From Alphaproteobacteria bacterium (GTDB lineage Bacteria > Pseudomonadota > Alphaproteobacteria > RF32 > CAG-239): a DNA stretch of 64,000 nucleotides. The position numbers and the translations under genes are program-made. The stretch covers positions 41,735 to 105,734 of the forward strand of contig JAFUSU010000028.1 of assembly GCA_017467515.1 (NCBI GenBank). The letters are read 5' to 3'. Position 1 is the first letter of the stretch. Each line of letters begins with the position of its first letter. Positions 29,479 to 38,544 of the stretch are shown here, piece by piece. The notes beneath the pieces were generated by a model. That model did not search any database. It worked only from the letters and a program-made list of their open reading frames with translations, and had not been told where the DNA came from.

Positions 29479-30441
29479 TTAAACTTCAGGAAAAATATTC
29501 AGGCCGCGAGCTAATCTGGTCATTTGCTGCTCTATGGATGTTCCGAGATTGAGTTTTCCTCCTTTTATGATACCGCGAACCTGATCACCTTTAGTGGTAT
29601 CAGGGTTGGTAAACAGATAAGTCACTTCAGGTCTCTTTTTCCCTAAACCGACCAGAGATTGGTGAATGACACCTAACATACCGCGAGAGAACAAATCAAA
29701 AGCTAATTCTTCAGACATAGCAAATGCAGCAGCATATTTAACAACCGAATTAATAGCATCAGTTACATTGTTGGCGTGAATAGTGGCTAAAACGAGGTGC
29801 CCTGACGTTGCCGCACGCAAAACTTCATTAGCGCACTCCGGCGTTCTGATTTCACCAACCATAATATAACGAGGTTTTGAACGCAAAGCAGAGCGTAATG
29901 ATGCGCCCCAGTCACTATTAATCGGAATGGTTTGTTTGCACAATCCCAATCCGCCGGCTCGAGAGTGATAAACACCGTCAAGGGGCATTTCCGTCGGATC
30001 TTCGATTGTATAAGCAAATCCACCCTGAAGATTAAGGTATTCTTTTAATAAACTTGAAATGGTTGTGGTTTTACCGGCACCGGTAGCTCCGCCGAGTAAA
30101 ATTAAGCCGGCGGCATTAGAAAGAGATAAGAGGTGTCTGGTAACTTCAATCGGAAAACCAAGGGTTGAGAACGGAGGTACCGCTTTGGGCATCTTACGGG
30201 CACAATATTGAATACCGTAAATACTGACAGTTCTTTCAACACGATAGAGAATTTTATCATATAAAACAGAATAACTTGAATTTTTCCCATCATAAGAGGA
30301 TTCTAACATTTGGAAAAAGCGGTCAAAATCTTCAGGAGTAAAAATTTCCAGCCCGTTAGCCGTTTGATTGTCAGGAATATAAGCAATTTTTTCTGGAGTA
30401 ATGTAAATATCTGAAAAATAAACATCATTAATTTTAACCAT
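29479..30441 (-). CDS. PilT/DotB/TraJ-like secretion ATPase, orphan
   Basis: It has Walker A GGATGAGKTTT, Asp box, Walker B (IMVGEIR) and His box (ATIHAN). No partner secretion genes lie nearby. Confidence 0.75.
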   Translation of the reverse strand: MVKINDVYFSDIYITPEKIAYIPDNQTANGLEIFTPEDFDRFFQMLESSYDGKNSSYSVLYDKILYRVERTVSIYGIQYCARKMPKAVPPFSTLGFPIEVTRHLLSLSNAAGLILLGGATGAGKTTTISSLLKEYLNLQGGFAYTIEDPTEMPLDGVYHSRAGGLGLCKQTIPINSDWGASLRSALRSKPRYIMVGEIRTPECANEVLRAATSGHLVLATIHANNVTDAINSVVKYAAAFAMSEELAFDLFSRGMLGVIHQSLVGLGKKRPEVTYLFTNPDTTKGDQVRGIIKGGKLNLGTSIEQQMTRLARGLNIFPEV

Positions 30442-30701
30442 AATCCGATGACCCTTGTTTTTTTTATAAAAAAGAATAAATCATTGTTAAAGATAGATAA
30501 AATTTATTAAAAATTTTATAAACTACCTTTTTATATAATGTATCTCGAAAAAACAGAAATGCAAGGAAAACGATGGTAATGAGCATAAAAAAATGGATAA
30601 TAAGCGTTGTTTTGGTTTTTGCTGTTATAATTTCATTCTTTTTCTAAAAATTAAGCTTGACAAGAAAGACAAAAGAGCGTATTTATACCCCAGTTTTATA
30701 T

Positions 30702-30743
<42 letters not shown>

Positions 30744-30872
30744 TACGGACATTAAAAATTAAAAATGCTTGAAACCCTTGTAAATCCGCGATTTGCGGCT
30801 TTTTTTATATTTTTCATGTTGTCAAAAATACCCCCTTTTTTATCCTGTTTTTCCGATAAATTCCATTCGTTC

Positions 30873-31064
30873 TGTTACCTATTTGTTACCTGTGCTTAAA
30901 AGTTGGTTTGTATTTTATGTGTTTTATATTATGTCTTTTTGCGTTCTTTTTGACTTTTTCCGTCTATTAAAATATTACGATTTAAACTTTAAGTCTTGCG
31001 TAAAGTTTAAAATAACCTTGACTTTTGAGCGATTTTATTTTAGCTTGTTACCTATATGTTACCC
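30873..31064 (+). promoter_or_regulatory. Putative integrase arm-type sites (two pairs of TGTTACC direct repeats)
   Basis: TGTTACCTATTTGTTACC lies at 30873-30890 and TGTTACCTATATGTTACC at 31046-31063, between the att core and int. Confidence 0.45.
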
Positions 31065-31104
31065 GAAAAGGGTTAAAAAGGGTCAAATTGCAGGGTTTTT
31101 TATT

Positions 31105-32379
31105 ATGAAATTGAAATTGAATAAATCAATTATCGAGGCCGCCGCTCCGCTCGAAACGCAGGATTTGCTTATATGGGACGAAGTTTTACCGGCGCTTTTT
31201 GTGTGTGTTAGACCGTCAGGGCGCAAAAGTTTTTATGCTATGTATCGGTTACGCAATCGAAAACAACAAAAAATCAAACTTGGCGACTTTCCACAAATGT
31301 CGGTTGATGAGGCTCGCGAAAAATGCCGCGCTCTGACAAACCGCGCCTTCGATGGTTTTAATCCGGTGCAGGAAATCCGCGACCGGTGCGCCGTTGAGGC
31401 TGACCTCGCTTATTCGGCCACGGTCCGCGACCTCAAAGAAAAATATTTTGCTGAACACGTTATTCATAAAAAGGAAACGTCCGCAAAAAATGAGGTATCG
31501 TATTGGAACGTTCATATTTTGCCGTATATCGGCGACAAGCAAGTTCGGGCGGTTACTGGCGGCGACATTTCGTTTATTCATAACTCTATCGCTAAACAGC
31601 CAAGCCGAACCGGCTATAAAACGACGACAGCAAACCGCGTTCTTGAAATCCTCAAAAAGGCGTTTAATTTGGCCGAGGAGTGGGACTGGCGCGACGAAGG
31701 CTCCAATCCCTGCCGAAAGGTCAAAAAGTTTAAAGAGCGCAAAAGAAAACGCTTTTTAAGCGTTGCTGAAGTGCAAAGGCTCGATGCCGTTTTGCAAAAA
31801 TACCTTGCTTCGCCGGATTATCGGCACCGGCAAATTGCGCGGTATATCCTTTTATTACTCTACACCGGCGCCCGCAAAAACGAACTTATGTGTGCCAAGT
31901 GGGCAAATATTCGGCCGGAACGCGGCGTTCTTATCCTGCCGGATACAAAATCGGGCGAAGTTCAAGAATTACAAATTCCCGAAGAAGGCTTTTTAATCTT
32001 GGATGATATCCGCGCCGACCAAAAGAAAAAACGGCCGAACTCCGAATATATTTTTGACGGTCATATTCACGGCCAGCCGTTGAAGGATGAAGGGCGCCAT
32101 TGGGATAATATCCGCGCCGAGGCTAAACTCGCCGATTTTGTGTTGCACGACCTGCGGCATAGTTTCGCGTCGTTTGTGGCTATGACGACCGGTTCCTTAT
32201 TGGTTATTCAAGAAACGCTCCGGCACGCCGACCCGAAAACGTCGCAACGTTACACCCATTTCTTCAATGATCCGCTCCGTTTGGCGGTTAATAAAACAGC
32301 CAGCACAATAAAATCCGTTATGAAAAATGAAAAAGTGGTTGATATTGAAACCGCGCGGCGCCTGCAAAACGCGTCTTAA
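31105..32379 (+). CDS. int: Tyrosine integrase, P4-like with DUF4102-type arm-binding N-terminus
   Basis: The N-terminus is ...LLIWDEVLPALFVCVRPSGRKSFYAMYR...LGDFPQMSVDEAR. The catalytic R...HDLRHSF...Y residues are present. The ORF-track start at 30793 is a stop-free AT-rich leader. Confidence 0.9.
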   Translation: MKLKLNKSIIEAAAPLETQDLLIWDEVLPALFVCVRPSGRKSFYAMYRLRNRKQQKIKLGDFPQMSVDEAREKCRALTNRAFDGFNPVQEIRDRCAVEADLAYSATVRDLKEKYFAEHVIHKKETSAKNEVSYWNVHILPYIGDKQVRAVTGGDISFIHNSIAKQPSRTGYKTTTANRVLEILKKAFNLAEEWDWRDEGSNPCRKVKKFKERKRKRFLSVAEVQRLDAVLQKYLASPDYRHRQIARYILLLLYTGARKNELMCAKWANIRPERGVLILPDTKSGEVQELQIPEEGFLILDDIRADQKKKRPNSEYIFDGHIHGQPLKDEGRHWDNIRAEAKLADFVLHDLRHSFASFVAMTTGSLLVIQETLRHADPKTSQRYTHFFNDPLRLAVNKTASTIKSVMKNEKVVDIETARRLQNAS

Positions 32380-32855
32380 TATTCGCGACCACGTCGTTTG
32401 CGCTCCGGTAAATTGTGCGCGTTCATATATTTAACAATTCCTTCCTTTGCCAAAAGGTCGGCGATAGCGTTATTTATGGCGCCGGTCTGATAATGTCCGG
32501 TGTGTGCTTTGATTTTTTCTATTGTGAGGCCTTCCGGCATGATGCGGTTAATTCGATACGCCCATTTTTGGCATTCGAGCCGGTTTCTTTGTTGTTGCGG
32601 TGTTAATGGTTTGTCTTTTATGGTGCCTTGAATGAATGCGATTGCCGTTTGGCTGTCTGTGTAGACTGTATGTGGACCGGTGGCGCGGCTGGCTATCGTT
32701 AGGGCGTAATATATCGCGTATAGCTCGCCGACGTTGTTATTCGGCAGTTCTATCCAATTTGAAAATATACGGCGTTTTTCGCCGTCAATTATTAAACAGC
32801 CGATTCCTGCCACTCCGAAACGTTCGTTATATGAGGAATCGGTGTATATTATCAT
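32376..32855 (-). CDS. RNase H (type 1) family protein
   Basis: DEDD pattern IYTDSS, VGELYAI, VYTDSQ and NAIADLLAKEG. The start was chosen at the ATGA overlap with the upstream spanin stop. Confidence 0.75.
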   Translation of the reverse strand: MIIYTDSSYNERFGVAGIGCLIIDGEKRRIFSNWIELPNNNVGELYAIYYALTIASRATGPHTVYTDSQTAIAFIQGTIKDKPLTPQQQRNRLECQKWAYRINRIMPEGLTIEKIKAHTGHYQTGAINNAIADLLAKEGIVKYMNAHNLPERKRRGREY

Positions 32856-33043
32856 TTTTCGCACCTGCAGGCTTTTATGACGAGTTCCTGGCAATCAAAG
32901 CCGTTTTCGAGGTCAAGGACCGTGTCGCCTTTGGTGCAGGTGTTGACCGGACAACAATTAACCGAAACGTATTTAACGTTCGCCGCGCAACTGCTGACGG
33001 CAAGCGCGAAGGTTAATATTATAAATCGTTTTGCAATCGTCAT
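32852..33043 (-). CDS. o-spanin (Rz1-like outer-membrane lipoprotein), overlapped with the i-spanin
   Basis: It has the lipobox LAVSSC and is small and Cys-rich. It overlaps the 3' part of the i-spanin gene in another frame. Confidence 0.65.
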   Translation of the reverse strand: MTIAKRFIILTFALAVSSCAANVKYVSVNCCPVNTCTKGDTVLDLENGFDCQELVIKACRCEK

Positions 33044-33251
33044 TGAGATTTTTTTCCCTTTGCTTAAGTTTTTCCTTTTGTTCTTCGAGTTTTTCGGTGT
33101 TTTCAACCTTTATTATGGTTGCGGCTGTCGCTTTCTGCTGATAAACAGCCTCGGCGGCGGCATAACCTTTTTTATAAATAGCTATGCCGGAGCCTGTCAA
33201 AAGCGCTGCAATGGTCGCGAAAACAATTAAAACGCCTGCGGTTTTCGTCAT
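32973..33251 (-). CDS. i-spanin (Rz-like)
   Basis: It has an N-terminal TM helix and a charged coiled coil, and lies directly downstream of the endolysin. Confidence 0.65.
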   Translation of the reverse strand: MTKTAGVLIVFATIAALLTGSGIAIYKKGYAAAEAVYQQKATAATIIKVENTEKLEEQKEKLKQREKNLNDDCKTIYNINLRACRQQLRGER

Positions 33252-33721
33252 ATATTTAACTCCGTTGAAATAGCTTCTAACCGATTGCGCCAGCCTTTGC
33301 CGTGAGTGTTATATGTCCGCGCCTGGCTATAACTCCACATTCTTTCGATAAAGTATAGCGTGCAGATATTATCCGGCGCCTTGCGGGCGGCTTCAATCGT
33401 TTTCGGTCCGATTATTCCGTCGTCGGTAACTTTGAGCGCCCTCTGCAAAATCTTAATTGCCGGTTTTATGCCGTGATTAACGGCGGCGTCGAAGGTCAAA
33501 ACATCCAGCGGAAACGGCAAAAGTTCGCATTTTGACGCGTTCCAATAATCGCGCTTATATATGGCTATTGCGTCGTCTTGCGTTAAAGCGCAAATATCAA
33601 GGTTCGGGTATGCGGTTTTCGAAATGCCGTATTTCGTTAAACCGCCGGTATCTTTCGGGTCATTGCAAAGCACGCCCTCGCGCCGCAATGTCATATTTAC
33701 TGCAAAATTAAAATTATTCAT
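33248..33721 (-). CDS. Endolysin, glycoside hydrolase 108 plus PG_binding_3 type
   Basis: REGVLCNDPKDTGGLTKYGI, DYW and a C-terminal peptidoglycan-binding-like segment. Confidence 0.8.
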   Translation of the reverse strand: MNNFNFAVNMTLRREGVLCNDPKDTGGLTKYGISKTAYPNLDICALTQDDAIAIYKRDYWNASKCELLPFPLDVLTFDAAVNHGIKPAIKILQRALKVTDDGIIGPKTIEAARKAPDNICTLYFIERMWSYSQARTYNTHGKGWRNRLEAISTELNI

Positions 33722-34460
33722 GGTGCGGTCCTTTTATTTCTATATTGTCAAATTTCATTCCGGTAATCCGGCCATTTATCATTAGGCCGAATTTTTCAAC
33801 GTCCGTGAACATTTCAAAAAAGAAAACAAGCCAACTTTTGACGACCTCGATCGACATTTCGTCGGTGGCTAAAAGTTCGCGCAAAAGGCCGATATGCGTT
33901 GATATCCACATTTTGAAAATTTCGTTGACGTAATTTATTTTATCTTCCGGCCATCCTTGCGCCGACAGGCGGTCTTTTATGGTGTTTTTAACGTCTGTAA
34001 TCGTCGCCGCTGTTGGTTGGTGGTGGGTTTTTCGATAGCTTACAAAATCGCCGTCCGGTATTTTGCCGCTGCAATAATCAGTAAAAAGTGTCACGAACGC
34101 CTTATAATAGGCCTCAAATGCGGTTTTTACTAAAAATTGATAAAATTTATTGCGTCCTGTGTCCGGATCAATCTTCAAATCCGAAATCCGACAAGTAAGG
34201 CCATATATCCGTTCGGCGACTTTTTCGTATCGTAATTTACAAACTTCCACCTTTTCAACCTGGCGGTCAATCTGTGCGCGGTATCGTTTCGAGCATATCT
34301 GCAAAACGACGGACGCGAGCCGCCGGAGCGGTTCTTCGTATTTTACCCAAGCCAAAACGCCCAAGCAAAGGAGCGCTATTGCGAGCAGCCCCCAAATAAA
34401 CGGATTTCCTGCCGCCAAAAGCTGAACGATAACGTCCCAGTCGAGTTTTACTTCTGACAT
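33714..34460 (-). CDS. Membrane-anchored hypothetical protein at the holin position
   Basis: It has a single N-terminal TM (FIWGLLAIALLCLGVLAWV) and overlaps the endolysin start. No homology was recognised. Confidence 0.5.
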   Translation of the reverse strand: MSEVKLDWDVIVQLLAAGNPFIWGLLAIALLCLGVLAWVKYEEPLRRLASVVLQICSKRYRAQIDRQVEKVEVCKLRYEKVAERIYGLTCRISDLKIDPDTGRNKFYQFLVKTAFEAYYKAFVTLFTDYCSGKIPDGDFVSYRKTHHQPTAATITDVKNTIKDRLSAQGWPEDKINYVNEIFKMWISTHIGLLRELLATDEMSIEVVKSWLVFFFEMFTDVEKFGLMINGRITGMKFDNIEIKGPHHE

Positions 34461-34484
34461 TTCTCGCGTCCCCCTCTGCTGGTG

Positions 34485-34718
34485 TTAGGCTTGTTTTTTG
34501 TTGTCGTCCGGTTCCGGCGTCATTTGCTCTAACTCATTTATGCGAGCGCGCCATGCTCTCCGGTTGGCGACAACATCTTTATATTTTGCCTTCATTTCGT
34601 CGAGTTCTTCTTTGGTGCCGAAAACTAAGGCCTCGTTGACTTTGTTGTCGATATAGTCAGTTTGCGACAATAATTGGTGCTTTTCGCAAAGCTCGCGTTG
34701 TATATCTTTGTTTTTCAT
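34485..34718 (-). CDS. Small coiled-coil hypothetical protein
   Basis: The 77-aa ORF overlaps the RT 3' end by 62 nt. Confidence 0.35.
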   Translation of the reverse strand: MKNKDIQRELCEKHQLLSQTDYIDNKVNEALVFGTKEELDEMKAKYKDVVANRRAWRARINELEQMTPEPDDNKKQA

Positions 34719-35820
34719 GGTATAGGATCCTTTTTAAAAGTTGTGTCATGTTATAAACTGTTTTTGCTGCGTTCCGGCGTTTCATTGAGCCGGTCCAGCT
34801 GACGAAACTTGTCAACACGTCTTTCTCGGTCATTTGACCGGTTTCGACGAGTTTTCCTTGTTTCTTTAATTTTCGGCGTTCAACTGTTATCGAACGGCGA
34901 CAAGGCTTTTTAAGTATCTTGCCGGTTTTGGTTATAAAAAACCGCGTTTTCAAAAAGCAGAAGCCGTGCTTCAAATCGACAATGCGCGTCTTTTTCGGAC
35001 TGGCGGTTATTTTATGGGTATCGTATAATTTCGTTAACTTCTGCAAGACGTCTTCGAGTTGTTGCTTATCGTGCGAAATTATATAACTGTCGTCCATATA
35101 ACGGCCGTATGCCTTAAAGCCGCATTGGTCTTTTATGAAGTGGTCTATTGCGTTCGGATATGCGATGGCGTGAATTTGACTTGTTTCGCTGCCAAGTCCT
35201 AGGCCTTTTTCGCCGAACGCGTCGACGAAGTCGTCGGTTAATTTCAAAATGTCGGCATCTTTTATGTATTTTCGATAAATTCCTTTTAAGACGTCGTGAT
35301 CTATATTGTCGAAATAGCTTTTAAAATCTATCAAAAGAACGTAACCTTCTTGGCCGTATCTGCGAAAATGGCGGCGAAGGTGTGTAACTAGTCTGTTTAT
35401 GGCAAATAACGTTCCTTTGTTTTTTTGGCTGGCGCCGTTGTCGTAAATGAGATTATGTGTTAAAATCGGTAATAAAACGTTTTGGCAAAGCGATTTTTGA
35501 ACGACACGCTCTGAAAAATGAACGCTCCGAATATGTCGTAATTTGCCGCGCTCGTTTATATCAAAGCAAATAAAGCCTTTTCGAATGTCTTTTCCTTCGA
35601 GTAAATCCTGCCGCGCTCCGGCGGTGCGTAAAATAACGTTCAAGAGATAGCGCTGAACGCTTGCTTTCCAAGTGACGCCTTTTGCCGCGTCAATGGCGGC
35701 GGTATAAAGCGCCTTGAATGAAGAAACGTTTTCGAAGCGGTCAAATCCTCGTAAAAAATCGTTTCGCTTTTCCTGGCGCCTTTTTTGGCGGTTTTCGTAT
35801 CTTTTTTTTCTTCTACTCAT
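34657..35820 (-). CDS. DGR reverse transcriptase
   Basis: It has RT motifs including YMDD and the DGR-specific LGSETSQ ([I/L]GxxxSQ). It lies 270 nt downstream of the TR. Confidence 0.9.
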   Translation of the reverse strand: MSRRKKRYENRQKRRQEKRNDFLRGFDRFENVSSFKALYTAAIDAAKGVTWKASVQRYLLNVILRTAGARQDLLEGKDIRKGFICFDINERGKLRHIRSVHFSERVVQKSLCQNVLLPILTHNLIYDNGASQKNKGTLFAINRLVTHLRRHFRRYGQEGYVLLIDFKSYFDNIDHDVLKGIYRKYIKDADILKLTDDFVDAFGEKGLGLGSETSQIHAIAYPNAIDHFIKDQCGFKAYGRYMDDSYIISHDKQQLEDVLQKLTKLYDTHKITASPKKTRIVDLKHGFCFLKTRFFITKTGKILKKPCRRSITVERRKLKKQGKLVETGQMTEKDVLTSFVSWTGSMKRRNAAKTVYNMTQLLKRILYHEKQRYTTRALRKAPIIVAN

Positions 35821-36089
35821 TTAACTTTTGTTTCCTTTTATAAAAAAAATGTGCCTTGCATAGCGTCGCGGGTTTTGTTTAGCTATATAGAGAACAGGCA
35901 TAAAATAAAGAAACTTCCCGCAAATTCTTTACTATGCACACGCTTTTGGCGTGGCGTTCGCCTGGCTTCGTCAAGGCACTTATTTACAGAGAGCGAATAA
36001 ACTCCCCGAAGGTCGTTTGTTCCTTCCTTATCGTTGTTGCAGCGCTGCTTTCGTTCCTGTGAACTACTCGGTCGGGCTTAACAAGGGAT

Positions 36090-36215
36090 CAGACCGGCAC
36101 GCGAATGCCCGTGTTCGTGCAGTTGTTACTGTTGGCATTCCCGTTGTTGTTGACATTGCACGCGTTCGTGGAGTTGTTACTCGCTGGTGACGAAAGCCAC
36201 CAGTTCGTGCGGCCA
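36090..36215 (-). repeat. DGR template repeat (TR)
   Basis: It is 126 bp and matches 36728-36853 apart from 18 positions, all of which are A in the TR sense strand. Its translation is AAC(Asn)-rich. Confidence 0.9.
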
Positions 36216-36240
36216 CAAAGAGTATATACAACAAACAACC

Positions 36241-36651
36241 TTATTCTGCCGTCTGGATTTTCGCCGACTTTTTCCAATTTTTGAGAAGGCTTACTTCCTT
36301 TTGCAGAATATCCGCTATTGGCGCAATTCTGCGCTTTTCAATGGAAATACAATTTACTAACCTAATGAGCCGGTTTTGTATCTGAAAGCAATTATTTATT
36401 GCTCTTGTTTGATACGCTTTCCGCATTTTCATTTCGTCTTCTGTGGTTGGATAAATTGAATTTGCGGCTATTATATTATCCATTAATTCATCGGTTTTCT
36501 TAATAATATCTTGTCCTAATAGTAATCTATATTTTTTCGGTATTGCTTTTTCGTTCATGGCGAATTTTGTAATCTCGGTTTGTAATTGCTGGCCGGAAAC
36601 GTAAAACGCCAATTCTGTTACTTGTCTTTTCCGTGCGAGAACATTACTCAT
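36241..36651 (-). CDS. avd: DGR accessory variability determinant (Avd, four-helix-bundle family)
   Basis: It is a 136-aa basic helical protein located between the target gene and the TR, as in Bordetella phage BPP-1. Confidence 0.7.
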   Translation of the reverse strand: MSNVLARKRQVTELAFYVSGQQLQTEITKFAMNEKAIPKKYRLLLGQDIIKKTDELMDNIIAANSIYPTTEDEMKMRKAYQTRAINNCFQIQNRLIRLVNCISIEKRRIAPIADILQKEVSLLKNWKKSAKIQTAE

Positions 36652-36670
36652 TTTTCCTTTCCTTCTTATC

Positions 36671-36692
36671 GCGACCGCACGGTGGCGGTCGC
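36671..36692 (-). promoter_or_regulatory. GC-rich hairpin downstream of VR (candidate DGR homing hairpin/cruciform)
   Basis: Stem GCGACCGC acggtg GCGGTCGC lies 35 nt beyond the VR 3' end. Confidence 0.5.
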
Positions 36693-36711
36693 ATTAAAGA
36701 TATGACGGCTT

Positions 36712-37926
36712 TTAGCCGATACGGAAGCAGACCGGCACGCGAATGCCCGTGTGCGTGCAGTTGTCACTGCTGGCAGTCCCGATGGTGTTGACAAAGCACG
36801 CGCCCGCGGAGGTGCCACTCGCCGGTGACGAAAGCCACCAGCCCGCGCGGCCAGAACCGGCGTTGCTTAAAATTCTATGTTCTACGCTTGCGGCAAACCA
36901 TGGATATTGAACCGATAATCCTGCTTCCGGATTCCAATAATTAGTCGTTAAACAGAGGTTAGATCTTACTTGATGTCCATAAACTTCGATTTCGTTCGGG
37001 AGCCAAAGTTTGCCCATATCGCTCCAGTCGGCCGTCGTGCCGCCTGTCAAAAGTCCGCTTGCTGAATAACGACTGTCGAGCCAATTTCTTTTATTTATAA
37101 TTACATTCTGGAGTGCGGTCGGTAATCTTTGCAACAAACCTTTATTTGCCGCATTAAGACCGTGAGCGACGTTGTTATATGCGCTTGTAGTGTAATTGTT
37201 TACGCCGTTTAACCAAGCATAAACCGCTGACGCGAGCCACGGGTGAGCTTCGCTGGCGGTTCCGTTATTGTTATTTTGCGGATTCCATAAAACCTCGTTT
37301 GAAATGCATTCTTTTGTTATAAAGTCGATATGGTGACCGATTGATGTATCGGCTGCGCGGTAATATGTATCTATACCGACAATTCGCGCATTGAGGTTAT
37401 GAGCGGCGACTGTATCTGAACCGACAGTTCCTGCGGTGGTTGTAAATGGGATATAATCACCGACGTGAATACCTTTGAAATTTCCGGCTTGAATTCTCGC
37501 CTGGATCCACGCCCAAACGTTGGCATAACTGGCAATTTCGGTCGCGAATTTTGTTGCGAGGTTAACACCTGCATAACGTCTGTCTGCGTCCAGCGTCGCA
37601 AACATTTTGTTGTCTAACTGTTCGACGCTAGGACATTTATTTGCTTCGGTTCCTGCTTGTAATTGTGCGTCAGTTGCAAAAAAACCATTTACAGCGGCTT
37701 GAGCTTGCGAAATGGCGTTGTTCATTTTTGCTGTAATCGCTTTTTTGAGTTGCGTGTTGTCGGTTGCTGATGGCGTTAATCCTGCGTCTGTAATAGCGTT
37801 GATAATTTCGCGTTGTGGGTTTTCTAATGCGCCCGCAGGAATAACCGAGCCTTCTTGTCCGTTTGCCGGATCTGCGTTAACATAAGAAGCATTTGCTGAT
37901 TCGCCGAGTGGCGGTGTATATTTCAT
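36712..37926 (-). CDS. Tail fibre / receptor-binding protein, DGR target
   Basis: The N-terminus is tail-fibre-like (MKYTPPLGESANASYVNADPANGQEGSVIPAG). The C-terminal framework WWLSSPAS...GIRVPV carries the VR. Confidence 0.85.
   Translation of the reverse strand: MKYTPPLGESANASYVNADPANGQEGSVIPAGALENPQREIINAITDAGLTPSATDNTQLKKAITAKMNNAISQAQAAVNGFFATDAQLQAGTEANKCPSVEQLDNKMFATLDADRRYAGVNLATKFATEIASYANVWAWIQARIQAGNFKGIHVGDYIPFTTTAGTVGSDTVAAHNLNARIVGIDTYYRAADTSIGHHIDFITKECISNEVLWNPQNNNNGTASEAHPWLASAVYAWLNGVNNYTTSAYNNVAHGLNAANKGLLQRLPTALQNVIINKRNWLDSRYSASGLLTGGTTADWSDMGKLWLPNEIEVYGHQVRSNLCLTTNYWNPEAGLSVQYPWFAASVEHRILSNAGSGRAGWWLSSPASGTSAGACFVNTIGTASSDNCTHTGIRVPVCFRIG
36728..36853 (-). repeat. DGR variable repeat (VR)
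   Basis: See TR. It occupies the last ~45 codons of the target gene. The 3' 25 nt are identical to the TR and GC-rich (IMH-like). Confidence 0.9.
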
Positions 37927-37929
37927 TTT

Positions 37930-38538
37930 TTATTCTCCCTGTAAATAACTAAATTTAAAGATTGTGTGCGCTTGTTTTATGCGGTTGAATAGGCACTCCA
38001 GGTCCGTCGCGAATGTTATCGTGCAGAGGTGGTCGCCACAACGCGCGGAACCGGCGCGGGCGTATGAGATACGCGTCGAATCGACAATTGATATCATATA
38101 ATAGCTTTCCGAACGCGTGCCGCCGAGCCGATCGCCGCATCTAGCAAGACCGCAAATGGCCGGTGGTGTGGTTATAATATTTATATCATAACCGAGTGAT
38201 TGTGCCAATTTTGCGAAGTTTTCGATTGTCGGCGAAAAGCTCCGATTTATTTTGGCGATTATCTGTTGGACACGGTCCGCAACTGTCAAACCTTCGGCGT
38301 GGTTGCCGTGTATGCAAGTTTCGGGCAGTCCGAATTCTTTTTCCCAATCGAGCAAGGTTTCGTCGCAAGTTTCGGGGTGCATTTCGCGCAAGGCTTTTTC
38401 GGTGCGGTCGTGAATATATAAGAAAAAGTCGCCGACGGCTTGCGCGATTTCATTCATTGTGCCTTGGTCGCTTTGGCTCCATGCTGGTCCCTTTGGTAAT
38501 AGCTTTTTGAATAAATCCGTGTAATCTTGCTGATCCAT
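37930..38538 (-). CDS. Mu gp48-like tail protein (DUF2313)
   Basis: The LLPKGPAWS motif and its position after baseplate J. Confidence 0.75.
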   Translation of the reverse strand: MDQQDYTDLFKKLLPKGPAWSQSDQGTMNEIAQAVGDFFLYIHDRTEKALREMHPETCDETLLDWEKEFGLPETCIHGNHAEGLTVADRVQQIIAKINRSFSPTIENFAKLAQSLGYDINIITTPPAICGLARCGDRLGGTRSESYYMISIVDSTRISYARAGSARCGDHLCTITFATDLECLFNRIKQAHTIFKFSYLQGE

Positions 38539-38544
38539 TGTTTA

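Noticed and set aside
30793-31104. An N-terminal 104-aa extension of the integrase ORF (the ORF-track start at 30793).
   Set aside because: The extension is an AT-rich, Phe/Leu/Tyr-rich nonsense translation that spans the att arm repeats. The conserved integrase N-terminus starts at the Met at 31105.
36089-36277. A 62-aa ORF ending ...WWLSSPASNNSTNACNVNNNGNANSNNCTNTGIRVPV.
   Set aside because: It is simply the translation of the DGR template repeat, in the same frame as the VR. The TR is a non-coding RNA template, not a gene.
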